A stretch of DNA of 64,000 bases from NCBI GenBank assembly GCA_964342185.1, contig CAYFER010000012.1:1329-65328 (forward strand), given 5' to 3'. The position numbers were made by a program, and so were the translations under genes. Positions 28,259 to 39,519 of the stretch are shown here, one piece after another (position 1 is the stretch's first letter; every line of letters starts with the position of its first letter). This DNA comes from an uncultured Vicinamibacteraceae bacterium. GTDB taxonomy: Bacteria; Acidobacteriota; Vicinamibacteria; Vicinamibacterales; UBA8438. The notes below the pieces were generated by a model. It worked only from the letters and a program-made list of their open reading frames with translations, was not told where the DNA came from and did not search any database.

Positions 28259-29617
28259 ATGAAACGAATTCGACGATTCCGGGTCGGGTTGGTGGTGTGT
28301 TGGGTAGTGGTGTCTTTATCTGTGTCGCTGATAACGGCTCTGCAGGATTCCCGGCCAGGTTCCATTCAGCCTGTCGTGTACTCAGCTGTGGTTGATGCAC
28401 TGATCCATCCGGTATCTGCTGAGTTTATTCAACAAACGATTGCTCGTGCTGATGCCGATGGCGCCGAACTGGTAGTTTTTACTCTGCGAACACCGGGTGG
28501 GTTGGTGGACTCAACACGTGCGATCAACACCAGCATAATCGATGCGAATACGCCAGTTGTGGTCTACGTGGGACCGAGTGGAACCCGTGCGGCGTCTGCC
28601 GGTTTTTTAATAACAATTGCAGCCGATGTCTCAGCGATGGCTCCGGGAACTCATATTGGTGCTGCACATCCAGTCTCTGGTACGGGTGCTTCGATGGATG
28701 ATGTCGCGGCAGAGAAGGCGGCGTCTGATGTTGCGGCATACGCGAGATCGATTGCGAGTCAGCGAGGTCGTAACGTCGATTTGTCAGAAAAGGCCGTGAC
28801 AGAAAGTCTTTCCTTCACTGAGGAAGAGGCGATTGACGCCGATCCCCCACTTGTTGACCTGATCGCTAACGACTTTGATGACCTTTTACAGCAGTTGGAT
28901 GGTCTGGAGGTAAAGCGATGGAATGGTGAAACCACGGTGTTGGAAACGGCTTCAGCACGCGTGCAGACTGTGGAGATGAATTGGCGACAGGAGTTGTTGA
29001 GCGCAATAGCACATCCGCAGGTGGCAGTGCTTTTATTCAGTCTTGGAACACTCGGTTTAACGATCGAGCTCTGGAACCCCGGTGGGATTGTTCCCGGTAT
29101 CGTAGGAGGACTCTGCCTTTTATTGGCATTCTTCGCTTTTCAAATTCTACCGATTAATTATGTTGGTTTGTTGTTGATTTCGTTTGGCCTGTTCCTTCTT
29201 GCTGCCGAAATGATGACGGCTACGTATGGACTTCTCGCCGCTGGCGGCATCGTGGGGATGGTGCTCGGCGCGTTGATGTTGGTTGATTCTCCGGCGCCTG
29301 AGCTGCAGTTGGGATGGCCATTTATCATAGGTTCGATGTTTGCACTTGGGACAATCACTGCATTGTTGGTTCGCCTTGGGCTTCGGGCACAAATGGCGGC
29401 ACCTGTCAGTGGTCGTGCCGGTATGATTGAAGGAGTCGGTAAGGCTCTGAGTCCTATCGGACCTGGAGTTCAAGGCCGCGTTGAAACACATGGAGAGATT
29501 TGGGGGGCGATATCAGACGAGTCCATCGACGCAGGTGACTGGGTTCAGGTTGTTTCTGTTGATGGTTTAAAACTCAATGTGCGGCGTCTCAAGGCAAAGA
29601 TGACCGGAGGAACATAA
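28259..29617 (+). CDS. NfeD-family membrane-bound ClpP-class serine protease (long form)
   Basis: [14 protein letters not shown] (catalytic Ser), [15 protein letters not shown] block and C-terminal OB fold (GEIWGA); adjacent to a stomatin gene. Confidence 0.92.
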   Translation: MKRIRRFRVGLVVCWVVVSLSVSLITALQDSRPGSIQPVVYSAVVDALIHPVSAEFIQQTIARADADGAELVVFTLRTPGGLVDSTRAINTSIIDANTPVVVYVGPSGTRAASAGFLITIAADVSAMAPGTHIGAAHPVSGTGASMDDVAAEKAASDVAAYARSIASQRGRNVDLSEKAVTESLSFTEEEAIDADPPLVDLIANDFDDLLQQLDGLEVKRWNGETTVLETASARVQTVEMNWRQELLSAIAHPQVAVLLFSLGTLGLTIELWNPGGIVPGIVGGLCLLLAFFAFQILPINYVGLLLISFGLFLLAAEMMTATYGLLAAGGIVGMVLGALMLVDSPAPELQLGWPFIIGSMFALGTITALLVRLGLRAQMAAPVSGRAGMIEGVGKALSPIGPGVQGRVETHGEIWGAISDESIDAGDWVQVVSVDGLKLNVRRLKAKMTGGT

Positions 29618-29619
29618 TT

Positions 29620-30372
29620 ATGGGACCGTCTCTAATTATTGCGTTCATTATAGGTGCCTATCTGGTTAATTCGATCAAGATCCTGAACGAGTATGAACGT
29701 GGTGTTATTTTCCGCCTCGGGAAACTATTTCCGCGACCTAAAGGACCAGGTGTAATTCTGGTTTTCGCTCCGATTGATCGAATTGTGCGCGTTAGTCTTA
29801 GGACGATTGTTATGGACGTGCCACCTCAGGACGTAATTACGAAGGACAATGTGTCGGTGAAGGTTAATGCTGTTGTTTACTTTCGTGTGATGGATCCTTT
29901 GCGCGCGATTGTTGAAGTCGAGAATTTTCACTACGCTACTTCACAGTTGGCGCAGACGACATTACGAAGTGTTTTAGGTCAAGTGGAACTGGATGGCTTA
30001 TTGTCAGAGCGTGAACAACTGAACCAAGAGTTACAGCAAATTCTAGATACACAGACTGATCCATGGGGTGTGAAAGTGTCTGCAGTTGAGGTGAAGCACG
30101 TCGATTTGCCACCAGACATGCAGCGTGCAATGGCCAGACAGGCTGAAGCCGAGCGAGAGAAGCGTGCTAAAATTATTCACGCTGATGGTGAGTATAAAGC
30201 CTCTGAAAAGCTTGCTCAGGCCGCAGAGGTTATTGCGAAACAACCACTTGCGGTCACCCTTCGGTATTTGCAGACAGCCACTGAGATTGCTGGTGAGAAG
30301 AATTCCACACTTGTCTTTCCACTACCGATGGATTTGCTTAGTACGCTAATGAATAAGTTTGAAAAGAAGTAG
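29620..30372 (+). CDS. Stomatin/slipin (SPFH, band 7) protein
   Basis: [49 protein letters not shown]. Confidence 0.95.
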   Translation: MGPSLIIAFIIGAYLVNSIKILNEYERGVIFRLGKLFPRPKGPGVILVFAPIDRIVRVSLRTIVMDVPPQDVITKDNVSVKVNAVVYFRVMDPLRAIVEVENFHYATSQLAQTTLRSVLGQVELDGLLSEREQLNQELQQILDTQTDPWGVKVSAVEVKHVDLPPDMQRAMARQAEAEREKRAKIIHADGEYKASEKLAQAAEVIAKQPLAVTLRYLQTATEIAGEKNSTLVFPLPMDLLSTLMNKFEKK

Positions 30373-30414
30373 AGATTCACCTCACACTATCGACGGCGCA
30401 CGCGTAATCTTATT

Positions 30415-31122
30415 ATGGCGAGGGAAGGCTCCAGCGACACTGCACCTAGTGCTAAGCACTACGTTTTTCTATTGATGGCTGGGACGGTTGTTGCCGTTGT
30501 GGTGTTTGTGGTTGGCGTATTGGTTGGTCAAGATTCTCGTGGTGGGAATACCACTGACAGCGGGCCATCTATCACTGAAATATCCATGCAATTGCCACCT
30601 GCTGGAATGGGTTCCCCGGGTTCGCGAAGGTCACAACAGTCAGCAGGAGCGCGGGAGCGTTCTAGGTTGACCTATGTCGAGACACTGACGGGCACCAAAC
30701 CAAGAGAGGTCCTCCAGCCGCCAATGGAGGCGTCTGAACAGCCGAATACACCAGGTCATGGATTATCTGAGAATGAAACTGGGCAACCAACGTTATCTTC
30801 AAGAGCGTCAACAGGATTCATTGCTGGAGCTATTCCAGGCTCGGCACAGACCTTTGAATTCGTAGAACCTGGCTTAAGGTCAACGATGCCTCAAGGTTTT
30901 GCTGTGCAAGTAGGGGCACTTCGGTCAGAACAACCAGCCCAAGAAATCGCGACACAACTTAGAGCGAAGAACTATCCAGCCACGGTGAGTTTGCCAGATT
31001 CGAATGCGCCTATTCCTTGGTTCAGAGTGCGAGTCGGACCATATCCTGATAGAGCAGAGGCCGAGCGTGTGAGGCAGCGCTTGATAGACGAGGAACAGTT
31101 CGACGCGTTCGTTACCCGATGA
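30415..31122 (+). CDS. Membrane-anchored SPOR-domain protein (FtsN/DedD-like)
   Basis: N-terminal TM, low-complexity linker and C-terminal SPOR (FAVQVGAL...WFRVRVGPY). Confidence 0.85.
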   Translation: MAREGSSDTAPSAKHYVFLLMAGTVVAVVVFVVGVLVGQDSRGGNTTDSGPSITEISMQLPPAGMGSPGSRRSQQSAGARERSRLTYVETLTGTKPREVLQPPMEASEQPNTPGHGLSENETGQPTLSSRASTGFIAGAIPGSAQTFEFVEPGLRSTMPQGFAVQVGALRSEQPAQEIATQLRAKNYPATVSLPDSNAPIPWFRVRVGPYPDRAEAERVRQRLIDEEQFDAFVTR

Positions 31123-32627
31123 TGCCCGCTCTTCTCTCGGGCGTTTTGCTCTTTCTTAGTTTTCCTAGTTTTGGGCATCCGGCCTTTGCGTGGATCGCCT
31201 TGGTTCCGCTATTACTGACAACGCTGGCCGCGCGGTCGTGGCAGTTGGCCCTGTTTCGAGGTCTCACAACTGGCGCTATTCATTTTGTCGGCACCATTTA
31301 TTGGATTCCTAGGGTTGTTGAAGATTTTGGTGGGCTTTCGTTTGTGGCTTCATGGAGCGTGTCTTTACTCCTAGTCGGCTATTTGGCGCTCTTTCCAGGT
31401 TTCTTTGCTTTAGCGTTGTGGTTGTTGCATAGAGATTTCGGGACAGTTGCGGTGTTTTGTGCGCCAATTCTTTGGGTAACCACTGAATTAGGCAGAATTT
31501 ATCTTTTTACGGGTTTTCCGTGGGAACTCCTAGGCTACAGTCAGGCTTCTGTCCTTCCGGTGGCGCAACTTGCGAGCGTTGTGGGAGTCCTCGGTGTATC
31601 TGTGCTCGTGGTTTTGGTGAACGCATCGTTCGCGTTCATTGTGCGGACCGGTCGCGCTAGATCGATTGGCGTAATGTTAGCCACGGCCGGTTTGATGGCC
31701 GCGGTTTTTCTGTTCGGGACCGTGCGGCTGCGGTCAGGAACATTGATCGATCTGGGTGTGCCGTTACGCGTTGCTGCTGTGCAGGGCAATATCGCACAAG
31801 TGGACAAGTGGAATCCTGAATTGAGTGATGCCATCCTCGACAAGTATCTGAAATTGACGGACCGCGCTGCTGACGCGGGGGCAGACCTTGTGGTGTGGCC
31901 AGAGGCTGCAACCCCATTTGCATTCCAAGTTGACCCACGTTCAGAAATGATTCGTCGTTTGGCTCGGGAGAGGAACGTTCATCTTCTGCTAGGGACGACC
32001 GATGTTACCTGGGAAGACGCACCCAAGTACTACAATGCCGCCATTTTGGTAGATCCTCGAGGCGAAACGGCTGGGATATATCACAAGCAGCATTTGGTGC
32101 CGTTTGGCGAGTATGTTCCGCTTCGGAGGCTTCTTTCATTTGTGTCACCGCTCGTGGAATCTGTTGGGGTGTTTTCTGCGGGCGAAGAGCCTGTGATGTT
32201 GATGATGGATGGTCAACCGATAGGTGCAATAGTTTGCTACGAAATGATCTACCCAGGGCTAGTTAGACAATTTGTAAGAAATGGAAGTCGTTTACTGACG
32301 ACTGTCACGAACGACGCATGGTACGGCCGGACGGCTGCGCCTCATCAACATTTTCAGCAGGCCACGATGCGTGCAATTGAACATGGTCGCTACGTTGTCC
32401 GCGCGGCCAACACTGGAATCAGTGGAGTAATCGACCCGTACGGGCGGGTTGTTTCTGAGACCAATCTGTTTGAGGATGACGTGTTGACTAGCGAGGTGAA
32501 GTTGATTCAAGAGTTAACGCCCTATGCGAGATATGGTGACCTGTTGGCGTTTGGCTGCGGAATTTTCACACTGGTTCTGCTGAGCATGGCGGTCGCATCT
32601 AATATGCGGGCGGCGCGAAGTCAGTAA
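31119..32627 (+). CDS. lnt: Apolipoprotein N-acyltransferase
   Basis: GFPW, VQGNI and nitrilase triad WPEAA, YHKQHLVPFGEY, VCYE; NDAWYG; RAANTGISG. Confidence 0.96.
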   Translation: MMPALLSGVLLFLSFPSFGHPAFAWIALVPLLLTTLAARSWQLALFRGLTTGAIHFVGTIYWIPRVVEDFGGLSFVASWSVSLLLVGYLALFPGFFALALWLLHRDFGTVAVFCAPILWVTTELGRIYLFTGFPWELLGYSQASVLPVAQLASVVGVLGVSVLVVLVNASFAFIVRTGRARSIGVMLATAGLMAAVFLFGTVRLRSGTLIDLGVPLRVAAVQGNIAQVDKWNPELSDAILDKYLKLTDRAADAGADLVVWPEAATPFAFQVDPRSEMIRRLARERNVHLLLGTTDVTWEDAPKYYNAAILVDPRGETAGIYHKQHLVPFGEYVPLRRLLSFVSPLVESVGVFSAGEEPVMLMMDGQPIGAIVCYEMIYPGLVRQFVRNGSRLLTTVTNDAWYGRTAAPHQHFQQATMRAIEHGRYVVRAANTGISGVIDPYGRVVSETNLFEDDVLTSEVKLIQELTPYARYGDLLAFGCGIFTLVLLSMAVASNMRAARSQ

Positions 32628-32659
32628 GAATTGGTTAGAGGGCTGATACGGAGGTATAT

Positions 32660-33836
32660 GTGACTATTGAAGTTGATGAACAAATTCGACGCTATCAGGA
32701 CCTCTTGAAACGCGCTGAGGATTTGCGGAGGTATCTTTGACGCAGCCAGTCTTTTAGAGGAAGTCTCTAAGTTAGATAGACAGGCAGCTGCACCCGATTT
32801 CTGGGATGATCCGGATAATGCCCAGCGTGTCATGCAACGCCGTCAACGCCTCCAGGAGGATCGAGAGTTGTCGATTTCTCTTCAGGCTAGGAGTAGCGAT
32901 CTAGAAGTGTTGGTCGAATGGGCAAGCCAGGGTGAATCGGTAGTCGAAGAGCTTGTGGCGGGGTTGGATGGCTTTGCCGCAGAAGTTGAAACTGCCGAAA
33001 CGAAGAAAATGCTTGGTGGCGAGCATGACAGGTGTAATGCCATTGTTACTATTCACCCTGGTGCTGGCGGAACGGAATCTCAAGACTGGGCTGAGATGTT
33101 ATTGCGCATGTATCTTCGGTGGGCCGAACGACGAGGTTTTTCGAGAAACATAATCGATTTTCAACCCGGGGACGAGGCTGGGATTAAGGCTTCAACCATA
33201 ACAGTTAAGGGTGACTATTCGTACGGGTTGCTACTCGCCGAAGCTGGGATTCACCGTCTTGTTCGTATTTCTCCGTTCGACCAAGCTGCCCGCCGGCATA
33301 CCTCGTTTGCATCGGTTTTCGTCTGGCCGGAACTTTCTGATGATATCGAGATCCAGATCGAGGAGAAAGATTTACGTATCGACACCTATCGTTCTAGTGG
33401 CGCCGGTGGACAACATGTTAACGTTACGGATTCGGCCGTGCGTATAACGCACCTTCCGACGGGGATAGTGGTGTCGTGCCAGAATGAGCGGTCGCAGCAT
33501 CGTAACCGTGACGCGGCAATGAGCGTGCTGAGGGCGCGGCTATACGACGTTAAACAGCAGGAACAACGAGATAAGCTTGAGAGGATAGGTGGCGAAAAAA
33601 AGGAAATTGCGTTTGGAAGTCAGATTAGAAGCTACGTGCTTCATCCGTACCGGTTAGTAAAGGACCATCGTACAAAAATGGATGTTGGTAATGTCGATCG
33701 GATACTTGATGGCGACTTGGACGACTTTATTAAGTGCTATCTAATGAGTCGTGCAACTGGAACATTGGGAGTAGAGGGTGAAGCAGAGAATGAATCTGGG
33801 CAGCCTGCAAATAATAGGGCGGGTGATGAGGCCTAA
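32660..33836 (+). CDS. prfB: Peptide chain release factor 2, translated through a programmed +1 frameshift
   Basis: GTG 32660 reads VTIEVDEQIRRYQDLLKRAEDLRRYL then TGA. The +1 frame continues DAASLLEE...FWDDP and joins the ORF with SPF and GGQ motifs. Confidence 0.96.
32727..32741 (+). other. RF2 programmed +1 frameshift signal
   Basis: GGAGGTAT CTT TGA C: internal Shine-Dalgarno-like sequence followed by the canonical CUU-UGA-C slippery stop (CTT 32735-37, TGA 32738-40). Confidence 0.95.
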
Positions 33837-33864
33837 GTTGATGTGTCCCCTTGTGTCATATTGT

Positions 33865-36258
33865 TTATCTGAAGATTCCACCACTTGGTTCAGTTCCAAT
33901 AATAAAGGCTTCTTCTATCGCTCCATCGGACCATGGCTCAGTCAGCTGGCCCGTCATCTCGTGCACTGACCTGAATACTATGTTGTCAGGCGCCACGAAA
34001 CCTTCAGGAGTCTCCCTTCCGTCTGTATAAGCTTGAAGGAAGTCTGTCCAGATCGGCAATGCGACCCTTGCTCCCTCTTCACCGTCACCGAGCGTCTTTT
34101 TTTCGTCGTACCCGACCCAGACGCCAACCGTGATATCTGGACCAAATCCGACGAACCATGCGTCTGTATAGTCATCCATCGTGCCAGTTTTTCCACCGAG
34201 AGGCCACCCTAGTCGTGATGCTCGAATACCGGTACCCCGTTGGACTACACCACGCATCAGGCTCACCATAATGTAGGCGGTATCGGGTCGGAGCGCATCT
34301 TGTGGTACGGGTCTTCCAGTTTCTAGGATATCTCCTGCTCGATCCACGATACGTTCAATCCGATATGGCACCATCCGTGTGCCTCGATTAGGGAACGCCG
34401 AGTACGCACTCGTTACCTCCATTAAAGTCGCCTCGGAAGATCCTAAGGCCACGGATAAGAACGGTGGTATTGGCGACGTAAATCCAAGACGCCGCGCGAA
34501 GTCGACCACCGCATCCGGTCCGATCTCGTTCATCATCCAAACGGCAGGTACGTTACGCGATTTTTCAAGCGCTCGGCGGAGAGTAATCTGGCCTTCGTAG
34601 GCATTATCGTAGTTTGTCGGTTCGTACCGGTCCTGTTCTGGGCCCACGTCGTAACTTACGGGATCGTCCACCACAATTGAATTGGCTGTATATCCTTGAT
34701 CTACTGCGGCTGCGTATAGCACCCCTTTAAAAAGGGAGCCTAGTTGACGATAAGCTTGAGTTGCTCGATTGAACTTACTGCGTTCAAAATTGTAACCACC
34801 AACCATTGCCAGAATTCGACCTGTTCGATTATCCAGTGCTAGCAGGGCACCTTCTGCGAGAGGTTCCTGGTCTAGTTCCGCTTCGATAAGAGTTGGCTTA
34901 AGCGGATTTCCATCACCATCCATCGTTTCGAATGCCGTGATCTTGACTTCAATCAGGTCGCCCTGGCGAACCAGTTGGTCTGCCGGGGTACGGCCAATTC
35001 CTCGAAACCCTTCAGTTTCTCCGGTCGGCAACAATCGTAGGCCCTTGGGGATTACGGTTGCGGAGTAGGAACCAAAACGAACACCGATTGCTTTGTGGTC
35101 CACATCTGTAACGACAGCTGGGATGATATCGCCAGGGTTTATGTTGAACACCCAGCGGCTGTGTTCGAAAGATTGGAGGATATCGAGTGCTTCGTCAGAA
35201 TCAGCATCAGTATCGGCTTCGTCAAGAATGTTACGGCTTGGTTTTCGGAAGCCTTGACGCTTGTCATGTACGCGTAGCCCAGTCTCGATCGCCTTGTTAG
35301 CGGCGATTTGTAATCGAGAATCCAACGTGGTATGAACGCTCAATCCTTCCTCGTAGAGTTTGGCGACACCGTATTCTTTCTCGAGATGCTGACGGACTTC
35401 TTCGATGAAATACGGTGCGATTGAGTTGCTTCGTACTGTTCGTTCGGCGAGGGTGATGGGTAGTAGTTTTGCTTCGTCCGCGGATTCTTGGGTTATGTAC
35501 TCTTCGGCGGCCATTCGCTGAAGCGCGTAGTTACGGCGATCCACCGCTAAGTCCATATTGACTAACGGACTCTGGCGTGCCGGCGATTGAATAATGCCTG
35601 CGATTAAGGCCGCTTCCTCTAATTTGAGTTCCTTGACGGATTTTCCGAAATAGAGCCTTGAGGCCGCTTCAACCCCGTGTGCGCTGTGAATGGCTGTGCC
35701 AAGCCACATTTGGTTGACATAGAGGGTCAGAATTTCACGTTTTGTATATCGTTTTTCAATGTGAAACGTGTAGTACATTTCACGGATTTTTCGCTGCCAA
35801 GTTTTTTCCAGGCCCAATCGTTCTCCGCCTAAGGTGATGTTACGAGCAAGCTGCATGGTGATTGTGCTTGCACCCGCTGCGGTAAGGTCGCCACTCAAAA
35901 CATTACTTACGGCGGTTGCGAGGATTCGTCGGAGGTTGAAACCTACATGATTAAAGAACGCGCCATCTTCGGCTGAAATGATGGCATGTCGAAGATTAGG
36001 AGGAATATCTTCGTAGCCGATAATCAGGCGGCGTTCAGTAGCGAACTCTCCGATCAAGATGTTGTTGCGGTCGTACAGCCGCGTGATAGTCCCTGGCGTA
36101 TAGCTATCGAGCTCAGAAATTTCAGGAAGATCAGGGGAGTAGGCGAACAGGACACCGCTAATTGCACCTAATAAAGCTGCGACACCAAAACTACCTAAAA
36201 TAAGAGCTCGGCGAAGTAGCGGGCCTCTTTTTTTTGTCTTGTCTAACAGCATATCCAT
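33865..36258 (-). CDS. Class A penicillin-binding protein (PBP1A family)
   Basis: Transglycosylase motifs SAEDGAF..HVG, GASTITMQLARN and RKIRE; transpeptidase motifs GSLFK (SxxK), SRN and KTG. Confidence 0.94.
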   Translation of the reverse strand: MDMLLDKTKKRGPLLRRALILGSFGVAALLGAISGVLFAYSPDLPEISELDSYTPGTITRLYDRNNILIGEFATERRLIIGYEDIPPNLRHAIISAEDGAFFNHVGFNLRRILATAVSNVLSGDLTAAGASTITMQLARNITLGGERLGLEKTWQRKIREMYYTFHIEKRYTKREILTLYVNQMWLGTAIHSAHGVEAASRLYFGKSVKELKLEEAALIAGIIQSPARQSPLVNMDLAVDRRNYALQRMAAEEYITQESADEAKLLPITLAERTVRSNSIAPYFIEEVRQHLEKEYGVAKLYEEGLSVHTTLDSRLQIAANKAIETGLRVHDKRQGFRKPSRNILDEADTDADSDEALDILQSFEHSRWVFNINPGDIIPAVVTDVDHKAIGVRFGSYSATVIPKGLRLLPTGETEGFRGIGRTPADQLVRQGDLIEVKITAFETMDGDGNPLKPTLIEAELDQEPLAEGALLALDNRTGRILAMVGGYNFERSKFNRATQAYRQLGSLFKGVLYAAAVDQGYTANSIVVDDPVSYDVGPEQDRYEPTNYDNAYEGQITLRRALEKSRNVPAVWMMNEIGPDAVVDFARRLGFTSPIPPFLSVALGSSEATLMEVTSAYSAFPNRGTRMVPYRIERIVDRAGDILETGRPVPQDALRPDTAYIMVSLMRGVVQRGTGIRASRLGWPLGGKTGTMDDYTDAWFVGFGPDITVGVWVGYDEKKTLGDGEEGARVALPIWTDFLQAYTDGRETPEGFVAPDNIVFRSVHEMTGQLTEPWSDGAIEEAFIIGTEPSGGIFR

Positions 36259-36388
36259 ATAAGTCTAAATTGAGTCTAGGCGCTTGCGAGACTTGATTAT
36301 TGTACACGTGTGAGTAGCCTGACAAATCGGGTTGGCTCTTCGATGGAGGACATTTTTATGAGTGATCATTACGTATTACTGGGATATA

Positions 36389-36418
36389 TTTGATTCTTAT
36401 AGACTCATATAATATGGT
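36389..36418 (+). promoter_or_regulatory. dnaK sigma70 promoter overlapped by a HAIR-like (HspR) operator
   Basis: TTGATT (36390-95)-N17-TATGGT (36413-18). The same TTGATT plus N7 plus ACTCAT (36403-08) matches the HAIR core TTGAGT-N7-ACTCAA at 10/12 positions, and hspR is in the operon. Confidence 0.65.
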
Positions 36419-36487
36419 ATATAGACATTCAATATGTAAATTTATGGTTTATTTCGCAGTTAATTAGGTTATTGGGGAAGTAAGACG

Positions 36488-38410
36488 ATGAGCAAGATTA
36501 TTGGGATTGATTTAGGTACGACGAATTCGGTTGTTGCCGTGATGGAGGGAACGGAGCCCACGGTGGTTACGAATCCTGAAGGAAATCGACTGACGCCGTC
36601 GGTAGTGGCATTTGCGAAGGGAGACGAGCGATTAGTGGGGCAAGTGGCGAAACGTCAAGCTGTCACGAATCCGGAAAACACGATTTTTTCCATTAAGCGA
36701 TTTATGGGGCGTCGGTTTGATGAGGTTTCCGAGGAAATGAAGATGGTGCCTTACGAAACTGTTAAGGCTTCAAATGGAGACGCTCGTGTTCATGCTGGCG
36801 GAGACGAATATTCTCCACCTCAAATCTCTGCAATGGTTTTGCAGAAACTCAAGCAATCTGCTGAAGAATATTTGGGACAGACCGTCGACAAGGCAGTCAT
36901 TACCGTTCCAGCATATTTCAATGATGCACAGCGCCAGGCGACGAAGGATGCTGGTCAAATAGCTGGCCTTGAAGTTATGCGGATTGTCAATGAACCAACT
37001 GCGGCCGCACTGGCATATGGGCTTGACAAGAAAAAGGACGAAACAATTGCAGTGTACGACTTCGGGGGGGGGACGTTTGATATATCGATCCTGGAGGTTG
37101 GAGAAGGCGTTGTAGAGGTTAAAGCTACTAATGGAGATACACACCTTGGTGGCGACAATCTCGATCAGCGCATTATCGATTGGATTGTCGACGGATTTAA
37201 AGCTGATGCTGGCATCGACCTTAGTCAAGACAAGATGGCTTTGCAGCGTATGAGGGAGGCTGCAGAAAAGGCCAAGATGGAATTGTCGACGGTAGTGGAG
37301 ACGGAGATCAACTTGCCTTTTATTACGGCTGATCAGTCGGGACCGAAGCATCTGCAAATGAAGCTGACTCGTGCAAAATTTGAGCAACTAGTCGACGACC
37401 TGCTGCAGCGGACAATTGAGCCGGTTAAGCGGGCGTTGTCAGACGCGGGCTTGAAGCCATCTGAAATCGATGAGGTGGTCATGGTGGGTGGTTCTACGCG
37501 AGTGCCCAAGGTGCAGGAACTTGTTAAGTCAGTTTTTGAGCGGGAACCGCATCGAGGTGTTAATCCGGATGAAGTGGTGGCAATTGGAGCAGCCGTCCAA
37601 GCTGGTGTGTTATCAGGTGAGGTCAAGGACCTTCTATTGTTAGACGTAACCCCTCTTTCTCTTGGAATTGAGACATTGGGAGGGGTAATGACGACTCTCT
37701 TGCCTCGAAATACCACGATTCCTACTCGAAAGGGAGAAATATTTTCGACCGCTGCGGATAGCCAGACCAGTGTTGAAGTACATGTGTTACAGGGCGAACG
37801 TCCAATGGCTCAAGGTAACCGTACATTAGGTAAATTTCATTTGGTTGGTATTCCTGCAGCACCTAGGGGAGTACCACAAATTGAAGTCACTTTTGATATT
37901 GATGCAAACGGGATTGTAAATGTGTCAGCAAAGGATCTTGGTACCGGTAAGGAGCAGAAAATTACGATTACGGCTTCCAGTGGATTAAGTAAAGACGAAG
38001 TTGACCAGATGATGAAGGAAGCCGAGACGCACGCTGATGAGGATAAATCTCGGAAGGATGAGGTTGAAACTCGAAATAGCGCCGACCAAGCTGTTTACGC
38101 AGCAGAGCGGATGATGAGTGACTCCGGAGAGAAGTTAACGTCCGAAGCACGTCAGCCTATTGATGAGGCCATTGAAGCTGTTAAAAAAGCTCTCGAAGGG
38201 ACCGACGTAGACGCAATCAATAGTACAGTTGAGCAATTGACCGCTGCCCAGCATAAGGCAGCAGAGCAACTCTATCAACAGGCTGCTACGGAAGCGCCTA
38301 GTCCTGACAGTGCTAACGATGAATCGACTGGTTCCGCTGCGGATGGGACTACTTCGAGCGGGGATGCGGATGTAATTGATGCAGAAGTAGTCGAAGATGA
38401 AAAGAAATAA
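36488..38410 (+). CDS. dnaK: Chaperone DnaK (Hsp70)
   Basis: [50 protein letters not shown]; C-terminal DAEVVED. Confidence 0.99.
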   Translation: MSKIIGIDLGTTNSVVAVMEGTEPTVVTNPEGNRLTPSVVAFAKGDERLVGQVAKRQAVTNPENTIFSIKRFMGRRFDEVSEEMKMVPYETVKASNGDARVHAGGDEYSPPQISAMVLQKLKQSAEEYLGQTVDKAVITVPAYFNDAQRQATKDAGQIAGLEVMRIVNEPTAAALAYGLDKKKDETIAVYDFGGGTFDISILEVGEGVVEVKATNGDTHLGGDNLDQRIIDWIVDGFKADAGIDLSQDKMALQRMREAAEKAKMELSTVVETEINLPFITADQSGPKHLQMKLTRAKFEQLVDDLLQRTIEPVKRALSDAGLKPSEIDEVVMVGGSTRVPKVQELVKSVFEREPHRGVNPDEVVAIGAAVQAGVLSGEVKDLLLLDVTPLSLGIETLGGVMTTLLPRNTTIPTRKGEIFSTAADSQTSVEVHVLQGERPMAQGNRTLGKFHLVGIPAAPRGVPQIEVTFDIDANGIVNVSAKDLGTGKEQKITITASSGLSKDEVDQMMKEAETHADEDKSRKDEVETRNSADQAVYAAERMMSDSGEKLTSEARQPIDEAIEAVKKALEGTDVDAINSTVEQLTAAQHKAAEQLYQQAATEAPSPDSANDESTGSAADGTTSSGDADVIDAEVVEDEKK

Positions 38411-38424
38411 CGACACAGGTTACG

Positions 38425-39513
38425 ATGGATTTCTATGTGATCCTAGGTGTTGACCGTGGAGCAACTCTACGGGAGGTAAAGCGAGCCTATACGCGGCTTG
38501 CTCGACGATATCATCCCGATATTAATCCTGGCGATCGTGAAGCCGAGGCTTTTTATCGTAGCGCGACTGAAGCTTACGAAACGCTGTGCGACCCAGAGCG
38601 TCGTGCTGCGTACGATACGCATGGCGAGCGGCAATCTGAACCGAGACCTGCATCGATTGAATTTCACGGATTTGACTTCTCTGTTCCGGTGACAGGCACT
38701 TCGGCAACGTTTGCGGAATTGTTTTCGGAAGTTCTTAGGGAAACTCCTGATGAGTCAATAATTAATGCAGAGAAGGGCAGTGACCTGTACGCTGATATGA
38801 CCCTGAGTTTTGAGGAAGCGCTCATGGGTACAGAACGACGTCTGCGCGTGACAAAGTTGGAGGCTTGCGTTAGGTGCAGTGGAACGGGTTTTCGCCGGTC
38901 GAACGAAATGACATGTGCAGATTGCAATGGTGCTGGCACTGCGCAGTGGCGGCGTGGGCATATGGTTTTTACAAAAGCCTGCGGGTCGTGTAATGGAACT
39001 GGTCGTCAGCGGCGGCAACCGTGTGGGTTGTGCCGATCAGAAGGAGTTTTTTCGCAGACGGAAGAAATAACGGTTCAGATTCCTGCCGGTGTGGCTAACG
39101 GATCCAGTATGCGAGTAGCTAATAAAGGGCATGTTGGCAGAGGTGGCGGACCTGTGGGAGATTTATATATTACGGCAACAGTTGAGCCTCATCGTGTCTT
39201 TGCTCGCGATGGTGACGACCTACATTTGGAAGCTCCGATTAGCGTTAATGAAGCAGTCCTTGGCGCTACATTTGAAGTTCCGACTGTCGATGGGAAAACC
39301 ACTTTAACGATTCCCCCTGGCACTTCATCGGGACAAAGGTTTTGTATTAGGGGGCAAGGCGCGCCGTCTCCAAAGACTGGAGACAGAGGGGATCTGGTTG
39401 TAACTGTAGCCCTCTCGTTGCCAAAAATAAGGGATGAACGGTCAAGGGAATTGCTTCGTGAGTTTGGCCGGCTGAATTCAACTAACGTGAGAAACGGTCT
39501 ATTTACTGAGTGA
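38425..39513 (+). CDS. dnaJ: Chaperone DnaJ
   Basis: J domain with HPD; four CxxCxGxG repeats (the last degenerate, CGLCRSEG); C-terminal GDLY...H.VF.RDGDDL. Confidence 0.93.
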   Translation: MDFYVILGVDRGATLREVKRAYTRLARRYHPDINPGDREAEAFYRSATEAYETLCDPERRAAYDTHGERQSEPRPASIEFHGFDFSVPVTGTSATFAELFSEVLRETPDESIINAEKGSDLYADMTLSFEEALMGTERRLRVTKLEACVRCSGTGFRRSNEMTCADCNGAGTAQWRRGHMVFTKACGSCNGTGRQRRQPCGLCRSEGVFSQTEEITVQIPAGVANGSSMRVANKGHVGRGGGPVGDLYITATVEPHRVFARDGDDLHLEAPISVNEAVLGATFEVPTVDGKTTLTIPPGTSSGQRFCIRGQGAPSPKTGDRGDLVVTVALSLPKIRDERSRELLREFGRLNSTNVRNGLFTE

Positions 39514-39519
39514 CAGGCA

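Noticed and set aside
28140-28400. N-terminal extension of mobA in the ORF track
   Set aside because: It overlaps the divergent nfeD start. MobA homology begins at ATG 28139.
36770-37387. 205-aa antisense ORF inside dnaK
   Set aside because: Long antisense frames opposite hsp70 genes are a known codon-bias shadow, and the product has no recognisable motif.
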